Assembly (NCBI GenBank): GCA_024277355.1
Contig: JAJRVL010000002.1
Coordinates: 60,001 to 92,000, forward strand
Length of the DNA: 32,000 nt
Reading direction: 5' to 3'
Source of the DNA: an archaeon
Lineage (GTDB): Archaea; Iainarchaeota; Iainarchaeia; Iainarchaeales; 1-14-0-10-31-34
A program made the position numbers and the translations under genes. Positions 27,202 to 32,000 of the stretch are shown piece by piece; within the stretch, counting starts at the first letter, position 1, and each line of letters begins with the position of its first letter. A model generated the notes under the pieces. It had not been told where the DNA came from, searched no databases, and was given only the letters and a program-made list of their open reading frames with translations.

Positions 27202-27408
27202 ATGCATGAATTTTTGACAAGATTTGAAACAACAAGATTAATTAGTGCCAGGTCATTCCAGCTGGCTTTAGGTGCTCCTCCTTTAGTTAAAACAACTAAA
27301 GGAGAATCAATGCTGGATGTAGCAAAAAAGGAATTAGAAAACAAGAAAATTCCATTAGCAGTTATAAGAAAATTTCCTTCAGGGGAAATAACTAAAGTTA
27401 ATCCTTAG
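27202..27408 (+). CDS. rpoK: DNA-directed RNA polymerase subunit K
   Basis: LTRFETTRLISARSFQLALGAPPLV...DVAKKELENKKIPLAVIRKFPSGE. Confidence 0.92.
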   Translation: MHEFLTRFETTRLISARSFQLALGAPPLVKTTKGESMLDVAKKELENKKIPLAVIRKFPSGEITKVNP

Positions 27409-27416
27409 GTGATTTT

Positions 27417-27602
27417 ATGGGTAAATCTGTTCCAAAAGGCGTAAAAACTAAAGCTGAAATCTTAATGAAAGAAGATGATGGTTTTTCAAGAGATTTTGAA
27501 AAAAATAAGGAAATAATTAATTCTTTTGATCTTAGTTTTTCAAAGAAAATAAGAAACCTTATTGCAGGATATGTCAGCAGAAGAAAAGGCGTAAAAGAGT
27601 AA
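27417..27602 (+). CDS. rps17e: Ribosomal protein S17e
   Basis: VKTKAEILMKEDDGFSRDFEKNKEIINSFDLSFSKKIRNLIAGYVSRRKG. Confidence 0.88.
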   Translation: MGKSVPKGVKTKAEILMKEDDGFSRDFEKNKEIINSFDLSFSKKIRNLIAGYVSRRKGVKE

Positions 27603-29980
27603 TTAATTAATTGAATTTTCTTTTGGAATTGAACTGCCTTCGTTTTCTTTGTCTCTTTCTATTTCATAATAACTTCCTGAAGCAGCTTTTTCCATTTCAG
27701 AATCATGAGTTATTATAAAAATCTGGTCAACTAAAGAAGGAAGATGTTCTTTCATCATTTTACTTAATTTTGCTGTTGCATTTTTATCTAAATTATGTGT
27801 TGGTTCATCTAAAATTAACCAGCTTAAATTCTGAGTTAATACAAGAGAAAAAGCAACTCTGATGCAGATTGCTGCAGCACTTCTTTCTCCTCCTGAAAGA
27901 ATTCCTTCAACCCTGATCCATTTTCCATTTTTTTCTTTTACTTTTATTTCGTAATTTCCTTCTTCTATTTCCATTTTAGCTGAAGTAAAATCGCCGTAAG
28001 GATAAATTTTATTCCATACGTCATCCATTGCTTCATTTATTGTGTCAATCATTTCTTTTCTTAATTCTGCCTGAGTTGCATTTAAGGCATTGTTAAATAA
28101 TGCTAATTCAGATAAAATTTTTTCATGTAATTCAGTTTCTTTTTTTAATTCATTAATTCTGTTTTCTTCTTTTTCTATTTTTTCAATGTTTAATTTAATG
28201 CTTTCAATTAATTCAGCAGTATTTTTGATTTCTTTTTCAGAGAATTCAACTGAAGATTTAACTGAATAAACAATTTCTTTTTTTTTGCTGAAAGCATTTT
28301 CTATATAGCCAAGTGTTTCTTTTTTTTCTGTTAATTCTGATAACTCTTTTTTCCAGTTTTTGGATTTAAAAAATTCTTTTATTAATTCAATTTCCTGTTC
28401 AATTTTTTTTATTTCGTTTTCTTTTGTTTGTATTTTTTCTTCGTTTACTTCTTTTTCCAGTTTTTCTTTTAATAAATTGCTTTCATTCAATTTTTCTTTT
28501 ATTAATTCAATTTGTTTTTGTGTTTCTTTTATTTCATTTAATCTTTCTGTTAAACCTTTAATTTTGTTTTTTTCTTCTTCAAGTGAAAAAACTTTGTTTT
28601 CTAATATTGTTTTGGTTTTTTTTATTTCTTTGATTTCCAGCATGGTTTTTCTTTCATCTTCTGTTAAACCTTTGTTTATTATTCCTATTTTTTCTTCTTC
28701 TTTTTCATAAGAGTTAATTAATTCAATTTTTTTTTCCTGACTTAATTTTGTTGAACAAACAGGACAGTCTGATTCTGATTTAGTTAATTTTTTTATGTTT
28801 TCTTCTAATTCAGCAACTCTTTTTTCGTTAACTAAAATTCCGTTTTTTGTTTCAAAAACTTCTTTTTCAAGTTCTTCAATTCTTTTTTCTTTTGCTTTTT
28901 TTTCTTCCTGTATTTCTTTTATTTTTTTTTCTGTTTCTTCTTGTTTTTCTTTTATTTTTTCTTCTGAGTTAATTCCTGAAAGAAGTTCGGTTTTTCGGTT
29001 TTTTTCTTTTTCAAGAAATTCTTTTTTTTCGTTTTCTGCTTTTATTCCTGCTTTAATTGCAGAAAGTTCTCTTAATTTTGTTTCTATTTCGTTTTTTTCT
29101 TTTTTTAATTCAATTAATTTATTTTCTTCGTTTTCTGGTTCTTTGTTTTCAATGTCTTTTCCTTTTATTTTTTTTTCTGTTTCTGATATTTTTGTTTCAA
29201 GTTTAATTTCTTTTTCTTTTATTTCTTTGAATTCTTTTTCTTTTTTTTCCAGTATTTCTAATTCAGTTGCGTGTTGTTTTAATTCGTTTTTTTCTTTCTC
29301 TATTTTTTCCTGTGTTTCTTTTAGTTGTTTTTCTTTTTCTTCTTTTTTTGGTTTAATTCTTTTAATGCTTTATCATCAAATGAATCAGAATGTTTTTTGA
29401 TTAAGTCTTTTTTGTCTTCATTTATTTTTTTTATTCTGTTTATTACTGAAATATTTGTTTTTCTTGCGTTTTCGTATTTGTCTAACTCTAAAATTTCATC
29501 AAACTTTTTTTTTCTTTGCATTGGACTTAATTTTAAAAAAAAGTCAATTTGGTTTTGTTCTGAATAAACAGCTCTTGAAAATAAATCGTAATTCATTTCA
29601 AGTATTTCTTCTATTTTTTCGTTTACGTCGTTTGGTTTTGGTCCTGCAATTAATTTTCCTTCTTCTAATATTTTTGCCTGATTAGAGTTTTTTCCTGCAA
29701 AAACTGTTCTTTTAATTAAATAATTTTTGTTGTTGTAGTCAAATTCTAATTCAACTTTTGATTCATCCATTTGATTAGGTTTATTCATTATTATTTCATT
29801 TAAGCTTACGGATTTAGAATTTAATGCAGGATAAGTGCCGAATAAAGCATAACACATGGCTTCAATTACTGTGCTTTTTCCTGCTCCAATTATTCCGGTT
29901 AATACATTAGTTCCTTTATTAAACTGAAATTCTGTTTCTTTATGGCTTTTCCAGTTAAACAATTTTACTTTTTTAATCAT
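27603..29980 (-). CDS. rad50: Rad50 ATPase split by a -1 frame change at about 29342-29349 (N-terminal ORF 29321-29980; C-terminal frame open 27603-29342)
   Basis: N-terminus LFNWKSHKETEFQFNKGTNVLTGIIGAGKSTVIEAMCYALFG. The hand-read second frame is stop-free from 29342, with zinc hook SDCPVCSTKLSQ at about 28755, then LSGGERSAAAICIRVAFSLVL and WLILDEPTHNLD. Confidence 0.9.
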
Positions 29981-30044
29981 CTGTTTTATTTGTATTTAGA
30001 GCTTTTTAAAAAAATAACCAGCAGCAACAAATAATTATGTAGAA

Positions 30045-30314
30045 TTAAAGTAGATTCATTCCAATATTTTCAAATGAACTTATTCCTGAAATTTCTTTTA
30101 TTGCTTTTTCTATTTCTTCTGTTATTCCGTCATTTCCTTTTGCTTCAACTAATAAAGCAAATTCTATTGCTTCTAATCCAAACGCAATTGGTTTTCTTTG
30201 AATGTCTTTTAATTCTCCAAATAAAGGCATTTTTTCTTTTAGTGTTTGTTCTACTTTATCTGTTTCTTCAATTCCTTCAGGTGAAACCCTGTAAATTAAT
30301 ACCATTTTGCCCAT
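30045..30314 (-). CDS. ef1b: Elongation factor 1-beta (aEF-1B)
   Basis: MGKMVLIYRVSPEGIE...LKDIQRKPIAFGLEAIEFALLVEAKG...EEIEKAIKEISGISSFENIGM. Confidence 0.88.
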   Translation of the reverse strand: MGKMVLIYRVSPEGIEETDKVEQTLKEKMPLFGELKDIQRKPIAFGLEAIEFALLVEAKGNDGITEEIEKAIKEISGISSFENIGMNLL

Positions 30315-30324
30315 TTTTTATCAC

Positions 30325-30480
30325 TTAAGGCCCTATAAATCCACATTCAGTGCATTTGTATTCTTTTGTTGTTGTTTTACAGTTGTCGCATCTAATTATT
30401 TTTGTTTTACTGCATTTTGGACATTTGAATTCAGTGAAATCAAAATTCACTTCTTTATTGCATGAATTACATATTTTCAT
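30325..30480 (-). CDS. Small zinc-ribbon protein, 51 aa, often found beside aEF-1B
   Basis: Hand translation: MKICNSCNKEVNFDFTEFKCPKCSKTKIIRCDNCKTTTKEYKCTECGFIGP*; four CxxC pairs. Confidence 0.85.
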   Translation of the reverse strand: MKICNSCNKEVNFDFTEFKCPKCSKTKIIRCDNCKTTTKEYKCTECGFIGP

Positions 30481-30598
30481 TTACAATCCCTCTTTAATAA
30501 TCTTTTTTGAAAAAAGTTTAATCAAAAAACGCTGACTTTATGTTTAAATATAATCAGTTACTCAATTATTTCTGTAGTATTAAATTTAAAAGCTTTTA

Positions 30599-30672
30599 GG
30601 GCTCGTGGCGCAACTGGATAGCGCAGTCCGCTTCGGACGGACAGGCTGGGGGTTCGACTCCCTCCGAGCTCA
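30599..30672 (+). tRNA. tRNA-Arg (anticodon TCG)
   Basis: GGGCTCG/CGAGCTC acceptor, GTCCG-CTTCGGA-CGGAC anticodon arm, GGGGG-TTCGACT-CCCTC T-arm; 74 nt. Confidence 0.95.
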
Positions 30673-30726
30673 TTTGTGGTTTTGTCTGCGAGACAATGTA
30701 CTGCTTTCAGCTGAGTTGTGTTAATT

Positions 30727-32000
30727 TTAGTCAGCTTTTTTCTTTAAGTAACTTGAAAAGAATTCTTTTGTTTCTTTTTCTTTATAGATTTTCATTAAAT
30801 TTTTTCCTGCCAAAACCGCGTGTTTTTCTTTGAATCTTTTTGCAAGGAATTTTCCTGAATTAACTTTAATTTGTTTTTCAATGAATTCTTTTATTACGGT
30901 TTCTGCTTTAATGTGTTTTCTTTTTACTTTAGCATGGAAATGGGCTTTAATTTTTACTGCTTTTTTTCCGTGTTTTTCTTTAAATCTTTCAGAATGTGCT
31001 TTCATTTTAACAGGAGGGCCTTTAACTAATTTTTCTTTTTCTAATTTTGTTTCTTTTACTTCAATTAATAAAAGCATTTTTGTTTTTTCATCGCTCCAGA
31101 ATCTTTCTTTTAATACAGTGAAATCATTTTTTTCTATTTCTTTTTTTAATTTCCTTAAAAAACTCCTTAATTGCCCAAAAGTAACATCTTCATGAATTTT
31201 TTTGTATATAGTTGAAACAACAATAATGTTTTTTCCTGAAACTTTTTTTCTGAATTCTTTTTGACTTAAAATTTTAACAGGCTTTGGAAAGAAAAAATTC
31301 ATTGAAGGTTTTTTAATGAATTCTTTTGCTTTTTTCTTAAATTTAATGTAGGTTTCTTTTGATACTGCTGCAGAAACATTTCTTCTGTCATCTGTTGGAT
31401 CCAAAAAAATTAAGTTTCCATAAAATTTGTTTTCCAGTTCTTTTTCTTCTTTTTTATTTAATTTTTTTGTTATTGAAAGAACTTTTTTTTCTTTCCATTT
31501 AGAAACATTTCTTAATGCATTTTCAAAAGTTGAATATTTTAATATTATTAATTCTGTTAAATAACCTGAAAACCCCTGAGTTTTAAGTTCTGCGCCGTAA
31601 CAGTTTATTCCTTTAAGAAATTTTTTCATCAGACGTATTTCGTTTCTTTGTTTTTCTTTTATTTTCTCTTCTATGAATTCTGCATGAAATGGAGTTCTGT
31701 CAACTGAAGATAATAATTCTTTTGTTGATTTAATTTTGTATGCAGGAATTAATTCAATTTTGTGCCCTTTAATTTCTGTTTTAACATAAGGGTGTTCTCC
31801 GTAATCTATTTCCCAGTTTTTTGAGAATTTTTTTGCTATTCTTAATCCTTCTTTAATAAATTTTTCTTTTGGAATTTTTTTGTCAAATAAAATAAAAATA
31901 TCTATGTCTTTGTCTCCTTTTAGATGTGTATTTCTTGAAAGTGAACCTGCTAATATTGCATCTAAGTGAATTCCTTTCATTGACTTGATTTTTTTGATTA
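30727..32000 (-). CDS. cca: Archaeal (class I) CCA-adding enzyme, N-terminus beyond the window
   Basis: AILAGSLSRNTHLKGDKDIDIFILFDKK...FSKNWEIDYGEHPYVKTEIKGHKIELIPAYKI...RTPFHAEFI. The frame stays open from 31980 to 32000 (IKKIKS-M), so the tracked start is internal. Confidence 0.9.
   Translation of the reverse strand, partial: IKKIKSMKGIHLDAILAGSLSRNTHLKGDKDIDIFILFDKKIPKEKFIKEGLRIAKKFSKNWEIDYGEHPYVKTEIKGHKIELIPAYKIKSTKELLSSVDRTPFHAEFIEEKIKEKQRNEIRLMKKFLKGINCYGAELKTQGFSGYLTELIILKYSTFENALRNVSKWKEKKVLSITKKLNKKEEKELENKFYGNLIFLDPTDDRRNVSAAVSKETYIKFKKKAKEFIKKPSMNFFFPKPVKILSQKEFRKKVSGKNIIVVSTIYKKIHEDVTFGQLRSFLRKLKKEIEKNDFTVLKERFWSDEKTKMLLLIEVKETKLEKEKLVKGPPVKMKAHSERFKEKHGKKAVKIKAHFHAKVKRKHIKAETVIKEFIEKQIKVNSGKFLAKRFKEKHAVLAGKNLMKIYKEKETKEFFSSYLKKKAD

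Noticed and set aside
27603-28643. Separate SMC-like gene as tracked
   Set aside because: The frame continues upstream without a stop to 29342 and contains the Rad50 zinc hook; the Met at 28643 is internal.
28360-29685. Plus-strand Ser/Phe-rich ORFs (28360-28710, 28795-29400, 29325-29567, 29455-29685)
   Set aside because: Antisense to the rad50 coiled coil; composition explained by Lys/Glu codons on the other strand.

Overview
AT-rich archaeal chromosomal window. The gene content suggests a reduced, DPANN-like archaeon, but lineage is inference only. The minus strand from 1 to 7.9 kb carries a conserved archaeal translation/SRP operon. In transcription order it is rnp4(Rpp21)-coaE fusion, coaD, yhbY, rps19e, pdcd5, rpl39e, rpl31e, aif6, rpl18a/LX, pfdA, ftsY, srp54, yjjX-like. 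From 8 to 18.8 kb there are three tRNAs (one with an intron), dnaG, DUF167, hjc, a GTPase, pth2, an Lrp-like regulator, a methyltransferase and panD. From 18.8 to 30 kb there is a DNA end-processing neighbourhood: nurA, herA, and a rad50 whose reading frame is broken exactly at an A_AAA_AAG slippery heptamer. It also holds a family of very basic, putatively DNA-binding proteins. The remainder is rpoK, rps17e, aEF1-beta, a zinc ribbon, tRNA-Arg and cca. The most interesting observations are: (1) nurA and herA are each divergently transcribed from a basic-protein gene, and both divergent promoters share an identical 18-bp element plus an AAACCTTT box at identical spacing; (2) rad50 may need -1 frameshifting; (3) an RNase P subunit is fused to bacterial-type dephospho-CoA kinase, next to a bacterial-type coaD, with panD elsewhere in the window; (4) four tandem GC-rich perfect hairpins lie between dnaG and tRNA-Val; (5) rpl31e has an in-frame stop followed by a 26-codon tail ending next to the aif6 start. 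No CRISPR array, rRNA or transposase was seen.
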